Origin: Eledone cirrhosa
Lineage: Eukaryota
Reading direction: 5' to 3'
Length of the DNA: 64,000 nucleotides
NCBI GenBank assembly: GCA_964016885.1
Contig: OZ024741.1
Span: forward strand, 407,588,001 to 407,652,000
The notes under the pieces are model-generated. The model searched no databases. It was not told the origin of the DNA and saw nothing but the letters and a program-made list of their open reading frames with translations. This document shows positions 26,767 through 41,234 of the stretch, one piece after another. Numbering within the stretch: position 1 is the stretch's first letter; each line of letters opens with the position of its first letter. Position numbers and translations under genes: made by a program.

Positions 26767-29232
26767 TTGTTCGGAAGGGGCGGGGAGCCGGTTGGGGATG
26801 TGGACTTCGGTCCATACCTCGACGGCCTGCCGCGTCTCTCGGACAGGGAGGCGAAGTCCTGCGAGGAGGCGATTTCAGCCGCTGAGATAGAGGACGTGCT
26901 GAGCCAATGCGGCAAACGCAAATCCCTGGGTCTCGATGGTCTTCCATACGAACTATATCTAGCTATGCCCGATTGTTCCCCGATCTCCTCGAGGCGGTCT
27001 ACTGCAACTGGCAACAGAACGGGAGAATTCCCTGTGCTGTGACCAAGGGCGTAGTCACGCTAGTGAGGAAGGACGAGAACAAGGGGGACGAAATAAATAA
27101 TTTCAGGCCCATAACTCTGCTAAATACAGAGTTACAGATTTTGGCCAAGGTGCTAGCAAAGAGGTTGGCGCTTGTCGTGGGTAACCTGGTGGGAGATGCG
27201 CAGACGTGCTATCCCGTCCAGGCCCATCCACGACAACCTCCACCTCATGTGATACATCATAGAGAGGGTTGGGAACGAATCCGGCTTTGGTGGGGCCCTG
27301 ATCAACTTGGATCAATCTAAGGCATTCGAGAGGGTCGACCATGGTTACCTGGATGCGGTGCTAGCGGCGGAAGGCTTCGGACCCGTTTTCAGGGGCTGGA
27401 TCATTGCCATGCACAGCAGCCGCATCTGCTCTAGGGTCAAGGTGAATGGCTACCTCTCGGAGCCGTTCGAAATCGCGCGGTCCATCCGACAGGGGTGCCC
27501 TCTCTCCTCCCTTCTGTAAGTAGTGACTCTAGAGCCACTGCTGCGGAAGTTGGAGTTGTTGCAGGGCATCCCGTTGGAACCGGGATTGCGGAAAGCGGTG
27601 TCAGCCTACGCCGATGACGTAACAGTAATGGTGTCGACGGCCTAAAAAATCGGGGCGATCGGCACCTTACTGGAGGAGTACGAAAGGTTTACAGGGGCTA
27701 AGCTGAACCGGGACAAGTCGATCGGTCTGCAACTCGGCACATGGAGGGGCAGATCGATGCCCTCCGATGGCGTCGTCGGGCGCTGGACGGAGGGCCCGGT
27801 GAAGTTGCTCGGGATCTGGTTCGGACCAGACCTCCAGGTGGAGAAGAACTGGGGTGAGGTAACGAAGTGGGCCGAGTGCAAACTGTCCCTGAAAGGTCGG
27901 GCAGAAGTGGCGCACACTTATATAGCGTCCGTCATCTACTGCCGCCTGACCGTTGTGCCTTGCCCAAGGGAAACGCTCGCCAAAATGGAGCGCGCACTCT
28001 TCCAATTCCTTTGGAAGAAGCGGGCTCCTATGGTGAGGAGATCCATCTGCTGTCAACACCCTTCGAAAGGAGGGCTGGGGTTGCCGTGGCTAATGATACG
28101 TAAACACGCATTAAGGCTACGGCACCTTCAGGTATTCCTCTCCGGTCAACCGGTGTGGGCCCCGTTTGTGAGGCGAGCCTTTCCCAGGCTCGTCTCACTC
28201 ACCGAGCTGCAATCCTGGGTCAAGCAAAGACCGAGAAAACTGGGCGCCTGGCACACCGAGTGTGCCCAGGCGCTCACGGCTCTCTGGCAGGCGGACCCGG
28301 CTGTCAGTGGAGAATCCACCTCGTCATTCTATAGAGGGCTGGTGGTTAGCAGGTGCGACGACGCCCTCGGAGAAGCCCTAGGCATGGAGGAAGACGAACT
28401 GGCCAACCTGTTCGGTAGGACATTCAGCCCGGGACCCATGGATAACTTCCAGAGGTCCCTGGCCTGGCAATGCTACAGAATGGCTCTGCCCGTTCGAGAA
28501 AGGCTCTACAGACACGGGCGCCCGGGTAGGGACACCTCGAAAAAGATCTGTCCCAGATGCGTGTGCGACGAGGAAACCGTTGCACACGCATTGGTACACT
28601 GCTCGGGCATTGCCGATCTGTGGGGCTATGTCGAACAACTGCTGTCAAGGGTGGGACCGATCCGGTTGACCACCGAGTCTATTGTAACGATCAAGCCGCC
28701 TCCCCTCTTCAAAAACGAAGAAGAGGCGGTGTTTCTGTGCGTAATAGCCATGGCGAAAGAGGTTGTATGGTGGACGCGGCTGAAAGGACTGAGGTCAGAC
28801 ACCTTTCTCTCTGGCCAACAACTGGTCCGTTTCTTCCGATATCATTTTGGAAGAAGGATCAGGATGGAGAGAGAGGTCCTGCACCCCAGCCGTTTTTATG
28901 AAAGATGGGTGAAAGTGGCGAGAATGGCCCGTGTGAATGGGCCTTCACTCTACATCAGACTATAGCTGAGGAAGATGAAAGACCAAGGGAGCACCCCTTC
29001 TCTGTGCTCCTGAGGAAAAAAGTTGCACACTTTTTTTCGGGGGTGTGTGCGACCCCCCTAAAGCGCCTCCTCTCTATTGAGGACTTTGTTATAAATTTTA
29101 TTTTTTGTTATATTTTATTTTATTTTTATATATTGTTATTGCCTCCTCCTTATTGAGGACGCCTTGTTTTGTAAACTCCCCCCATTGTACTTGTCCCACT
29201 TTTGATGCCCTGGTGGCAAATAAAAGAAACAT
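26767..29232 (+). mobile_element. Tx1-like copy B, 5'-truncated (RT to 3' UTR), degenerate
   Basis: Starts right after ATCTATCTATCTC; very similar to 34452-37048; followed by (CT)n. Confidence 0.92.
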
Positions 29233-29233
29233 A

Positions 29234-29366
<133 letters not shown>

Positions 29367-29404
29367 AAGATGAATATAAAATGAAAGTGCTTTTTTTTTA
29401 AAGG

Positions 29405-29538
29405 AATTTATTAGGTATTGACATATGTTTCTGTAACAGACGGAATACCTATGTATCGCTGCTTGCGTAATCATATAATGTTAGCAAGTATTCGATAGCA
29501 AATGTATAATCAGTTGTCACTTCTTCAGAGATTTTGGA
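29405..29538 (-). ncRNA. Hammerhead motif with extended helix II, PLE sense copy
   Basis: Reverse complement of 30590-30723. Confidence 0.55.
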
Positions 29539-30589
29539 TAAATTGGATAAAATCAGAAAAATTGAAGTATTTATATTAGTAATAGAGGAAGAAGAGAGGG
29601 GATAGTATATGACAGATGGTAATTCAATTTACTGCTAAACAAGTATATAAAGGGTTTCTAATGAGAATATAATGAGTAAATGGTTTATTTTATCTAAATA
29701 AGAATTTTTGGGAGTGCCTATTTTAATCTATACTTGACCAATTGGACAGTGAACAGGGCTGGTCATTTGGTGTAGTAGTATGAATTATAAAGTGTCAATT
29801 AGGGAAGGGGGAGTTTTCGATTGCTACTGAATAACATCAATGCGAGTAGCCAGCTGGTATATGCATTAGGGAATTGAATTAAGAAATCAGAAATCTCATT
29901 TTATCTATAGCAGTTTATATTAAATGGTAAATAATAGAAGAGTTGATAGAATTAAGACTAATAGAGAATGTTAATATGTATTTTGACAATCAAACGGAGA
30001 TGGAGACAGGCGTTCAATCCTGGTAGTATTTATAATATGAAAATGTAGATTTTAAGCGATGGTTACAGTATAACGATCGCTCTATTCTGTTATTTAATAA
30101 AATGTTTTTGGATTTCATAATACAAAATAATTCCATATTACATAATTTACAAAATTCCTGTCCGTGAGATCTGGAGGGGCAACCACTATTATATCCCATT
30201 TTAGGTTAAATTGTTGGTTATTTTCACGCAGCTGCCAAGCCTTGTCTGCGAGTGTTGTTACATAACGCTGGTTTTCATGTTTTATTCATGATGTTATTCA
30301 GTAGCAATCGAAATCTCCCCCTTCCCCAATTGACACTTTATAATTCATACTACTACACCAAATGACCAGCCCCGTTCACTGTCCAATTGGTCAAGTATAG
30401 ATTAAAATAGGCACTCCCAAAAATTCTTATTTAGATAAAATAAACCATTTACTCATTATATTCTCATTAGAAACCCTTTATATACTTGTTTAGCAGTAAA
30501 TTGAATTACCATCTGTCATATACTATCCCCTCTCTTCTTCCTCTATTACTAATATAAATACTTCAATTTTTCTGATTTTATCCAATTTA

Positions 30590-30723
30590 TCCAAAATCTC
30601 TGAAGAAGTGACAACTGATTATACATTTGCTATCGAATACTTGCTAACATTATATGATTACGCAAGCAGCGATACATAGGTATTCCGTCTGTTACAGAAA
30701 CATATGTCAATACCTAATAAATT
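30590..30723 (+). ncRNA. Hammerhead motif with extended helix II and weak helix I
   Basis: CTGAAGA-A-GTGACA..(~76 nt)..TGTTAC-A-GAAA-CATATG-TC. Confidence 0.55.
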
Positions 30724-30869
30724 CCTTTTTAAAAAAAACACTTTCATTTTATATTCATCTTTTCTACATTTTCTCCGGAATATAATTTATACTCGTTGAG
30801 CAAACCTACACGTACGCTGTTCATCTCTAACGTAACGATATATTATCACCACATTATTGATAACCTGAA

Positions 30870-30912
<43 letters not shown>

Positions 30913-30952
30913 TAGGAATAACCAAAGAGTGCTTAGAAATACATTGTTTTAT

Positions 30953-31001
30953 TAGCTAACAGTGTTTCATCCATACACCATGGCAGGAATCTTCAGAGCC
31001 T
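30953..31001 (-). ncRNA. Type I hammerhead ribozyme motif
   Basis: Minus strand: GGCT-CTGAAGA-T-TCC..GGA-T-GAAA-CACTG-TT-AGCT. Confidence 0.65.
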
Positions 31002-31038
31002 ATAAACATGTGTATTTGCATGTGTAGTTGCATGCCCT

Positions 31039-31082
<44 letters not shown>

Positions 31083-31349
31083 TTCTATGTATCTATCTAG
31101 CTAACTACCTGTCTATCTATCTAACTATCTTTCTATCTCTGGGATGGACACACGCGTATAACTTGCTGAGTAAATTCTGTTTAAATTTCTATAGAAATTC
31201 TTGTCTGTTAACTTTAATTTTTGTACCATTTTGTAGAGGGACTGCCAGGTCAAATTTTGATCTGGTCGGTCTCTCAAAATATTCTGCGCCTTTGGGCGAA
31301 ATAGTATTGTGAACATTTTATCTTTCGAAAAACTTCGAAAAACCCTATT

Positions 31350-33214
31350 TTGAGAAAAATGGCTGAAGCATCTTCACCATCAATCAAAGAAGGAAAGGGG
31401 AAGTCATACTCACAGCTTCCCCCTGCCACTGTCACAGCAGCAGATGCCAAAGGCAGAGGTCAGAGAGAGGAAGAATTGTCTTCACCTGTTGACCGACCAC
31501 TAGATGTAGCCACAACTACACAAGAATTTGAAAACAACAACAACAACAACGACAACGACAACAACAGCAACAATAAAGACAACAAAAACAACAACCACAC
31601 AAACGTCACAAGTATCCACACACCAAACGAGAAAGACAACAACAACAACAAAGATGAAAACAACTCAAACGACGAGAAACAAAACAATACTAAAATCCAA
31701 AGCGAAAACAAAATATCTTTTGCACAAACGGCTAAATTATCAGTCGCTTATGTGCTGGAAGATATTTCAAAAGCAAAAGAAATGCTGGAAAAAGCCAAGA
31801 AATATGTATCTTTTGGCGAAAACGGTTCGTTTTCTATACATTCACCTCCAGAACTAAAAAGACAGACGGAATTACGAACTGTCGTATTCCGAACAATTTC
31901 AAATAAAACAAAGAAACCAGCACAACCATCTCAAGCTGAAATCCAGTTAGTATTGAAAGAAGCGATGAGAGATATCACTTTTATACAAAAGGATAAACTC
32001 TATGGGAGTTTATCCATATTGATGAAAGACGAATTGGCGGCGAAAAAATACTCTGTGTCGCCAATTCGGTCCACACACTACACCTTCTTCCCCTCCTATA
32101 TGGGTAAAAAAACCCAGAGGATATGGATAACCACCATCACCCCAAACATAAACTACTGGTGGTTACTAACCGGTTTCCTCAATTTAGACGAGGACAACCT
32201 CATTTCAATAGGGAAGGCATCCGGCGACGCGTTCAGTGGAACGAGCATCGAAGTTCTGACCCAAATAAGGCCAGAACGCATCGCCCAAATCCCTGAGCGC
32301 GTCATGCTGGATGACCGTACCCACCTCAACATCATTGTGGAGGGTAGGCGTCCCTCCTGTTACCTCTGTGGCAATAGAGGTCACCTGAGGGCTGCCTGTC
32401 CCCAGCTCACACAGAAAAAAACACTGCTACCAACACCAACACCACCCCAACAACAAGAACAAAAACAACCACAACAACAACAAAAACCAACAACACCACC
32501 ACCACAACAACAACAACAACAAACACGTGAAAAAACAACACAGAATACTGTCCCACCCAACCCCTCCTCACCCAAAACAAATACAAAAACACACACACCG
32601 CAAACACTACCAGAAAACATACCCCTCCCACCCAACAAGGAAGACGAACCCCTTTCGTCGCAAGACGAAAAAGATCACTTCCAACAAGTAAAAAGAAAGA
32701 AGAGAAGACGCACCACAGACACACATGTTAACTTTAAACCCCCCCCCCCACAAGAGAACACAAACTACACACAAACCACCCCTCCCTGTCACACAACACT
32801 ATCTGCTACACAAAAAATGACCTTACAATATACATACATGAACACAGACAACAAAGAATTACGGAAATAATTTCAGCAAACCCTTCGGTCCAAACTGAAG
32901 GGCCTAACTTTATAACTGCTGTGGGACTACCTCATTTAAAAATGATAAAAGTCCCAATGCACTTGTACAAAACACTGAAAATAAATTTCACGGAGGACGA
33001 GGGCCCCCCCCCCCCCCCCCGCGCCAAACCAATCAACCGCGTCCTCCTAAAAAATCCCCCCCCACCCCACCCAGACACCCACTCAACCACAAACACCCCA
33101 ACCCCACAACACACAGATGCCCCTTCACTTCCACAAACCACCACCCCACCCAACAACCCATCCCCAACCAGCATGGAAATTGAGCGGCCCGTTTCCCGGG
33201 ACGCAGAGAGGTAA
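31350..33214 (+). pseudogene. Copy C ORF1 (Asn-rich N-terminus, CCHC knuckle); interrupted near 32870
   Basis: VEGRRPSCYLCGNRGHLRAAC; C-terminus continues in 32921-33214. Confidence 0.82.
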
Positions 33215-33238
33215 ATGCCTTTTCTTCTTTCCACCAAC

Positions 33239-36200
33239 ATGGCTGTGCTAAGAGTAGGGTGTCTAAATGCGCGTGGCCTGGGCTCGTCTTGGAAGCAAGC
33301 AATGCTTCTAAATGACCTCAGGTCACAATCTATAAATGTGATGGTTATCTGCGAGGCCCGGATCAGCAGCATGCGACAGCTAGCCCCCACCTTTGACGAC
33401 TTTGAGATGCACGCATCTCTCTGTCAGCCCGGAGGTGGGGGTGGGGTTGTCGTTCTGCTGCAAAAACATATGGGCCTTGCAACACAGATAGTTCACTTGG
33501 ACCCAGGGGGTCGACTGGTGGTGCTGGACCTTGGCAGTGGTGAAGGTAGAGCCTTTAGGCTGATAGCCGCATATGCCCCTTTTGGGACAGAGCGGCCCGA
33601 CTTTTTCCAGCGTCTGGAGTCTTTTCTAGGGACGTCCCGTTCCCTGCTTTTAGTGGGGGATTGGAATGGTATCCTGGATGCACGTTGGGACTATGCAGGG
33701 GCATGTCCCGATAGAGAGGGGAGCAACAGCCTCAAGGGGTTACTCGGCCGATTTGACCTGGCCGATAGATTTCGACTAGATTTTCCGACGGTGCCAACCT
33801 GGTCTTGGTCAAATCGCAGCGGATCATCTAGGTCGTACCTGGATAGATTTTTAGTTAGAAATAAGGACAGGGACTTTTTAAGTTGTCCAGAAATGCTCAT
33901 GGTTGGCTATTCAGACCACAAGTTGGTGACCTGCATGGTCAACCTTGATAGAACGCATAGACAGGGTCCCGGTTACTGGAAGCTCAACTTGTCCTTGCCG
34001 GAAAGTAGAGCCTACAGGAATCGGATTAGTACGTTAGTTAAGGAACGGTTGACTGGAGCGATCGTCAACAGCAGGTGGTGGGTATCTCTAAAGAGAGAGA
34101 TTAGAGTAGTCTCGATAGAATTTAGTAAGGTTCTAGCTGCGGATAGGAATAGGAAGGAAAGGGAGCTAATAGATAGAGTAGAAGAGGCAATTAGAAGCGG
34201 CGACGTGGCCAGAGTGCTAGCGTCGAGAACGGCTTTGAGCCAGTTTTTCGACGCGAAGCACGAAGGCTGCGTTGTCCGAGGTAAAATACGTGCTCTAGGG
34301 AACGAGGGGACCAAAGCTGTTAGCTGGGCCCGCGTGACAGAGGCCAACAGTGGAACTAAATCCACCATCCGGTCTTTGCGAGACCTGGATGGACGGGCGA
34401 TTCTTGAGCCTAAGCAGATGTGTGAGGCCTTTCAAAGGCACTTTGCCCGACTGTTCGGGAGGGGCGGGGAGCCGGTTGGGAACGTGGACTTCGGTCCATA
34501 CCTCGACGGCCTGCCGCGCCTCTCGGACAGGGAGGCGAAGTCCTGCGAGGAGCCGATTTCGGCCGCTGAGATAGAGGACGTGCTGAGCCAATGCGGCAAA
34601 CGCAAATCCCCGGGTCTCGATGGTCTTCCTTACGAATTATATCTAGCTATGCCGGACTTGTTCCCCGATCTCCTCGAGGCGGTCTACTGCAACTGGCAAC
34701 AGAACGGGAGAATTCCCTGTACTGTAACCAAGGGCGTAGTCACGCTAGTGAGGAAGGACAAGAACAAGGGGGACGAAATAAGTAACTTCAGGCCCATAAC
34801 TCTGCTAAATACAGAGTTACAGATTTTGGCCAAGGTGCTAGCAAAGAGGTTGGCGCTTGTCGTGGGCAACCTGGTAGGAGATGCGCAGACATGCGCTATC
34901 CCATCCAGGTCCATCCATGACAACCTCCACATCATGCGATACATCATAGAGAGGGTTGGGAACGAACCCGGCTTTGGTGGGGCTCTGATCAACTTGGATC
35001 AATCTAAGGCATTCGATAGGGTCGACCATGGTTACCTGGATGCGGTGCTAGCGGCGGCAGGCTTCGGACCCGTTTTCAGGGGCTGGATCATTGCTATGCA
35101 CAGCAGCCGCATCTGCTCGAGGGTCAAGGTGAACGGCTACCTCTCGGAGCCGTTCAAAATCGCGCGGTCCATCCGACAAGGGTGCCCTCTCCCCTCCCTT
35201 CTGTATGTGTTGACTCTCGAGCCACTACTGCGGAAGTTGGAGTTGTTGCAGGGCATCCCTTTGGAACCGGGATTGCGGAAAGCGGTGTCGGCCTACGCCG
35301 ATGACGTGACAGTAATGGTGTCGACGGCCTCCGAAATCGAGGCGGTCGGCACCTTACTGGAGGAGTACGAAAGGTTCACAGGGGCTAAGCTGAACCGGGA
35401 CAAGTCGATCGGTTTGCAACTCGGCACGTGGAGGGGCAGACCGATGCCCTCCGATGGCGTCGTCGGACGCTGGACGGAGGGCCCGGTGAAGTTGCTCGGG
35501 GTCTGGTTCGGACCGGACCTCCAGGTGGAGAAAAACTGGGCGGAGGTTACGAACAGGGTGTTTGCACTGACCCAGAAGTGGGCCAGTTGCAAACTATCCC
35601 TGAAAGGTCGGGCGGAGGTGGCGAACACCTACATAGCGTACGTCATCTACTACCGCCTGACCGTAGTGCCCTGCCCAAGGGAAACCCTCACCAAGATGGA
35701 GCGCGCACTCTTCCAATTCCTTTGGAAGAGGCGGGCTCCTATGGTGAGGAGATCCATCTGCTGTCAACACCCTTCGAAAGGAGGGCTGGGGTTGCCGTGG
35801 CTAATGATGCGTAAACACGCATTAAGGCTACGGCACCTCTACGTATTCCTCACCGGTCAACCGGTGTGGGCCTCGTTTGTGAGACGAACCTTTCCCAGAC
35901 TCGTCTCACTCACCAGCTGCAATCCTGGGTCAAGCAAAGACCGTGAAAACTGGGCACCTGGCACACTGAGTGTGCCCAGGCGCTCACCGCCCTCTGGCAG
36001 GCGGATCCGGTTATCAATGGAGACTCCACCGCAACATTCTATAGAGGGCTGGTACGCAGCAGGTGCGACGACGCCCTCGGAGAAGCCCTAGACATGGAGG
36101 AGGACGAACTGGCCAGCCTGTTCGGTAGGACATTCAGCCCGGGACCTATGGACAACTTCCAGAAGTCCCTGGCCTGGCAATGCTACCGAGGGGCTTTACC

Positions 36201-36675
36201 CGTTCGAGAAAGGCTCTACAGACACGGGCGCCCGGGTAGGGACCCCGCCAAAAAGATCTGTCCCAGATGCGTGTGCGACGAGGAAACCGTTGCACACGCA
36301 TTGGTACACTGCTCGGGCGTAGCCGATCTGTGGGGCTATGTCGAACAACTGCTGTCAAGGGTGGGACCGATCCGGTTGACCACCGAGTCTATTGTAATGA
36401 TCAAGCCGCCTCCCCCCTTCAAAGATGAAGCAGAGGCGGTGTTTCTGTGCGTAATAGCCATGGCGAAAGAGGTTGTATGGTGGACGCGTCTGAAAGGACT
36501 GAGGTCAGGCACCTTTCTCTCTGGCCAACAACTGGTCCGTTTCTTCCGATATCATTTCGGCAGAAGGATCAGGATGGAGAGAGTGGTGCTCCACCCCAGT
36601 CATTTTTATGAAAGGTGGGTGAAAGTGGCGAGAATGGCCCGTGTGAATGGACCTTCTCTTTACATAAGCCTGTAG
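33239..36675 (+). pseudogene. Copy C ORF2 (APE-RT-CCHC), apparently one 1-bp deletion near 35914
   Basis: APE/RT motifs in the 958-aa ORF; CACCAGCTGC versus CACCGAGCTGC in copy B; continues as 36094-36675. Confidence 0.93.
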
Positions 36676-37111
36676 GGGGAAAAGAGGAAGGAACGAGGGA
36701 GCACCCCCTCTCTGTGCTCCTGAGGAAAAGGGTTGCACACTTTTTTTCGGGGGTGTGTGCGACCCCCAAGGCTGTAAACACGCATTAAGGCTACGGCACC
36801 TCTACGTATTCCTCACCGGTCAACCGGTGTGGGCCTCGTTTGAGGATTTTGTTATAAATTTTATTTTTTGTTATATTTTATAACAAAATCCTCTATTGAG
36901 GATTTTGTTATAATTCTATTTTTTGTTATATTTTATTTTTTTTATATATTGTTATTGCCTCCTCCCTATTGAGGACGCCTTGTTTTGTAAACTCCCCCCA
37001 TTGTACTTGTCCCACTTTTGATGCCCTGGTGGCAAATAAAAGAAACATATCTTTCTATAATTTGTCTATCTGTCGATTTATCTATATATCTCTGCCTATC
37101 TATCTATCTAT

Positions 37112-40100
37112 TTCGGAGAAGATAGACGTGTTTCTGTTTCGCTCCTGCATTTTGTCGGAATTTATTACAAGAAGCGGTAGGTTTGTTTAAGTAACTTGTT
37201 ATTTGTTGTGTTTAACCCCTCGCCTGGGCCTGTATACGTTGGGTAAAATAAATTTCGCCCCTTTTGGGGGCGAAATTTGATAGTTATAAGTTGTCGATAA
37301 AAATTCGTTTACTGACAATGGACGCCATAAATACGACGCATGCCCCCCCCCCCCCCCCCCCCCAGGAAAGTGATAGAGAGAAGATAGCAGCACAACGCTG
37401 TAAGCCTTCCCTCCTCACTCCCGCAAAAGACACCACGGAATCAAAAGAAAAAAATTGCGGAAATGGGTGAAAACCTCAAAAGTAACAATTACACAAACAA
37501 GAACAACAATGACAATAACAACACAACCAACAACAGCAACAATGAAAATAACAACACAACCAACAACAGCAATAATGACAACACCAACAAAGGAAAAAAC
37601 CAAGCCAACACGAATAACAACAACAAAGAAAACGGACCCACAGCTGCAGTCTCCTTCGCACAGGCTGTCCGAGAAACGCAGACATACACTGGACATCTCG
37701 AATGCCAAGAAATTGCTGAAAAAAGCAAGGAATTGTGTAACTTTCAGAGAAGGAAGGTGGGGAATTCACAATTACCTCCCCCGAAGAAATTAGAAGGGAC
37801 ACAGTCCTCAGGACCGTAATCTTTAGGACAGTTTCGAACGCGACTAGGAAACCGGCTCAATTGTCCCAAAGCGAAATTGAGCTGGTCCTAAGTAGTGCCT
37901 GGAAGGATATCGCTTTCATACAAAAAGGGAAACTGTATGGAAGCATATCTGTTTTAATGCAAGATGAATTGGCGTCACGGAAATATTCTGTGTCGCCAAT
38001 TGTATCCAAAGCATACACCTTTTTCCGCACATATTTGGGGAAAAGAACTCAAAAGATAAGAATCTCGGGCAGCAGGCCAAATGCGAGCATTTGCTGGGTG
38101 CTACGGGTTCTTAGAAGATGAGGACACAATCCTTTTGATAGGCGAATCCACGGTGGGGGGGGGGGGCGTATTCGGCGGCAATAGCCTTGAAGTTCTGGTC
38201 CAAATGAGACCAGAACGGATAGCAAGAATACCGCAGCGTGTGTCCCTGGATGGAGTCGCCTTCATAAACATTTCTGTTGAGGGCAGGCGGCCTTCATGCT
38301 ACCACTGTTCAAGAAGTGGTCACCTGAGGGCTTTATGTCCCCTTTTAAATGCCCCCTCCCCCCAAAAAAGACGCTTCTGCTCACCCCACCCGCAACAACA
38401 CAACCACCAACACCACCACCACCACCACCACCACAACAACCACAACAACACGAAAAGATAACACAAGACACTGTCCCACCCAACCCCTCCCCACCTAAAA
38501 CAAATACAAAAACAACCACAACAAAACCCCAAAATATACCCCCCCCCCAACAACACGGACGAGAACCCCTTATCAACGTCACCCAATGACGACGAGGGAG
38601 AACCCTTTCAACCGGTAAAAAGAAAGAAAAGAAGGCACCACATTAACAAAAATGCACAGAATGGATGTGATAGTTATTTGCGAGTCCAGGATCAGCAACG
38701 AGCACCAACTGGCCCCCATCTTCGACGACTTTGAGATCTATGCATCTCTTTGTCAGCCGGGAGGTGGGAGCGGGGTGGTCGTTCTGCTGCGAAAACACCT
38801 GGGCTTCGCAAAACGGAAGGTACACCTGGACCCGGAGGGTCGACTGGTGGTTCTAGACGTTGGTAGTAGTGAAGGTGGAGCCTTCAGGCTGGTGGCAGCG
38901 TATGCTCCATCTGGGACACCGCGACGGGACTTCTTCAAGCGCCTAGAAACTTTCCTGGGAACGTCTCGCTCCTTGCTTTTAGTGGGGGGACTGGAATGGT
39001 ATCCTGAATGCACGTTGGGACTATATAGGGACATGTCCCGATAGGGGGGGGGTGTAACAGCCTCAAACGGTTCGTCGGCCGATTTGATCTGGCCGATAGA
39101 TATCGACTAGATTTTCCGACTGTGCCACTGTCGACGTGGACTAATCGCAGCGGAACATCTAAGTCGTACCTAGATAGGTTCCTATTTAGAAATAAGGATA
39201 GGGACATATTAAGCTGTCCACGAATGTTCCTGGTTGACTATTCGGATCACAAGTTGGTGACCGGAGTGGTCAATCATGATAGAACACATAGACAAAGACC
39301 CGGTTACTGGAAGCTAAACTTGTCCTTACCGACAAACAAAGCTTACAGTAAGCGGATTAGCATTCTAGTTAAGCAGCGGTTGACGGGGGCAATTGTCAAC
39401 AGCAGGTGGTGGGGCTCTCTCAAGAGAGAAATTAGAATAGAATCGATAGGTTTTAGTCAGGAATTAGCATCAGATAGGAATAGAACTGAAAGGGGATTGA
39501 TAGATAGACTAGAAGAGGCGATTAGGAGTGGCAACGTGGCCGGCGTGCTGGCGTCAAGAACGGCCCTAGACCAGTTCTTTGACGCGAAGGACGAGGGCTG
39601 CGTTGTTAGGAGTAAAATACGTGCTCTGTGTAACGAGGGAGCCAAAGCTGTTAGCTGGGCCCGAGTGACAGAAGCAAAAAGTGGAAACAAGTCCACGATT
39701 CGGTCTTTGAAGGACTAGGATGGACGCGTGATCCTTGAACCTGAGCGGATGTGCGCGGCCTTTCAACGGCGCTTTGCACGACTCTTCGGGAGGGGTGGCG
39801 GGCCGGGTGAGACCATGCATTTCGGTCCATACCTCGTCGCTCTGCCGCGGCTCTCGGACGGGGAGGTGAAGTCCTGCGAAAGGCCGATTTCAGCCGCTGA
39901 AATATTGGAAGCACTGAGCCAATGCGGCAAACGCAAATCTCCGGTTCTCGATGGTCTACCATACGAACTTTATGTAACGATGCGGTCTACTGCAACTGGC
40001 AACAGAACGGGAGAATTCCCAGTTCTGTGACCAAGGCGCGTAGTCACGCTGGTGAGGAAGGACGAGAAGAAGGGGGATGGTATAGATAACTTCAGGCCCA

Positions 40101-41180
40101 TAACTCTGCTAAACACAGAGTTAAAGATGTTGGCCAAGGTGTTAGCGAAGAGGTTGGCGCTTGTCATCGGGAACCTGGTGGGAGCAGCGCAGACATGCGC
40201 AATCCCGTCCAGGTCCATACACGACAACCTCCACCTCATGCGATACATCGTAGAGAGGGTAGGGAACGAACCTGGCTTTGGTGGGGCCCTGATCAACTTG
40301 GATCAATCTAAGGCTTTCGATAGGGTTGACCATCGGTACCTGGATGCGGTGCTCGCGGCGGTTGGCTTCGGACCCGTTTTCAGGGGCTGGATTGCTACAA
40401 TGCACAGCAGCAACACCTGCTCGAGGGTCAAGGTCAACGGCTACCTCTCGGAGACGTTCCAAATCGCGCGATCCATCCGACAGGGATGCCCTCTCTCCCC
40501 CCTTTTGTATGTGCTGGTTCTCGAGCCACTACTGCGGAATTTGGAGCTGTTGCAGGGAATCCCATTGGAACCGGGTTTGCGGAAAGTGGTGTCGGCCTAC
40601 GCCGATGACGTGACAGTAATGGTGTCATGCGCCTCGGAAATCGGGCAGATCGGCACCTTACTGGAGGAATACGAAAGGTTTACAGGAGCCAAGCTGAACC
40701 GTGACAAGTCCGTCGGTTTGCAACTCGGAACGTGGAGAGGCAAACCGATGCCCTTCGACGGCGTCGTCGGACGCTGGACAGAGGGACCGGTGAAGCTCCT
40801 CGGGGTCTGGTTCGGACCGGACCTCCAGGTGGAGAAAAACTGGGACGAGGTAAGTGGCAGGGTGTTTGCACTCGCCCAGAAGTGGGCTGAGTGAAAACTA
40901 TCCCTAAAAGGTCGAGCGGAGGTGGCGAACACTTATATAGCATCTACTACCGCTTGACCGTCGTGCTTTGCCCAGCGAAAACGATCGCCAAAATGGAGCG
41001 CGCGCTCTTCCGATTCCTTTGGAAGAAGCGGGCCCCTTTGGTAAAAAGATCCCTATTGAGGACTTCGATTGTTGAATTTGATTTGTTATATGTTTTTACT
41101 CGTCCTTTGAAATGTATATAACCCCGCCCCCTTGTATTTGTCACAATCTTTGATGCCCTGGTGGCAAATAAATAGAAAGT
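37112..41180 (+). mobile_element. Tx1-like copy D, divergent, internally deleted
   Basis: ORF1 relic with CYHCSRSGHLRALC; APE/RT 38652-41050; deletions near 38645, 39980 and 41052; 3' UTR then (TATC)n 41181-41295. Confidence 0.9.
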
Positions 41181-41186
41181 TATCTC

Positions 41187-41234
<48 letters not shown>

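Larger units (their letters stand above)
31141..37048 (+). mobile_element. Tx1-like copy C, full length, least decayed
   Basis: Follows degenerate (CTAT)n at 31085-31140; ORF1, ORF2, 3' UTR; followed by (TATC)-like repeat. Confidence 0.92.
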
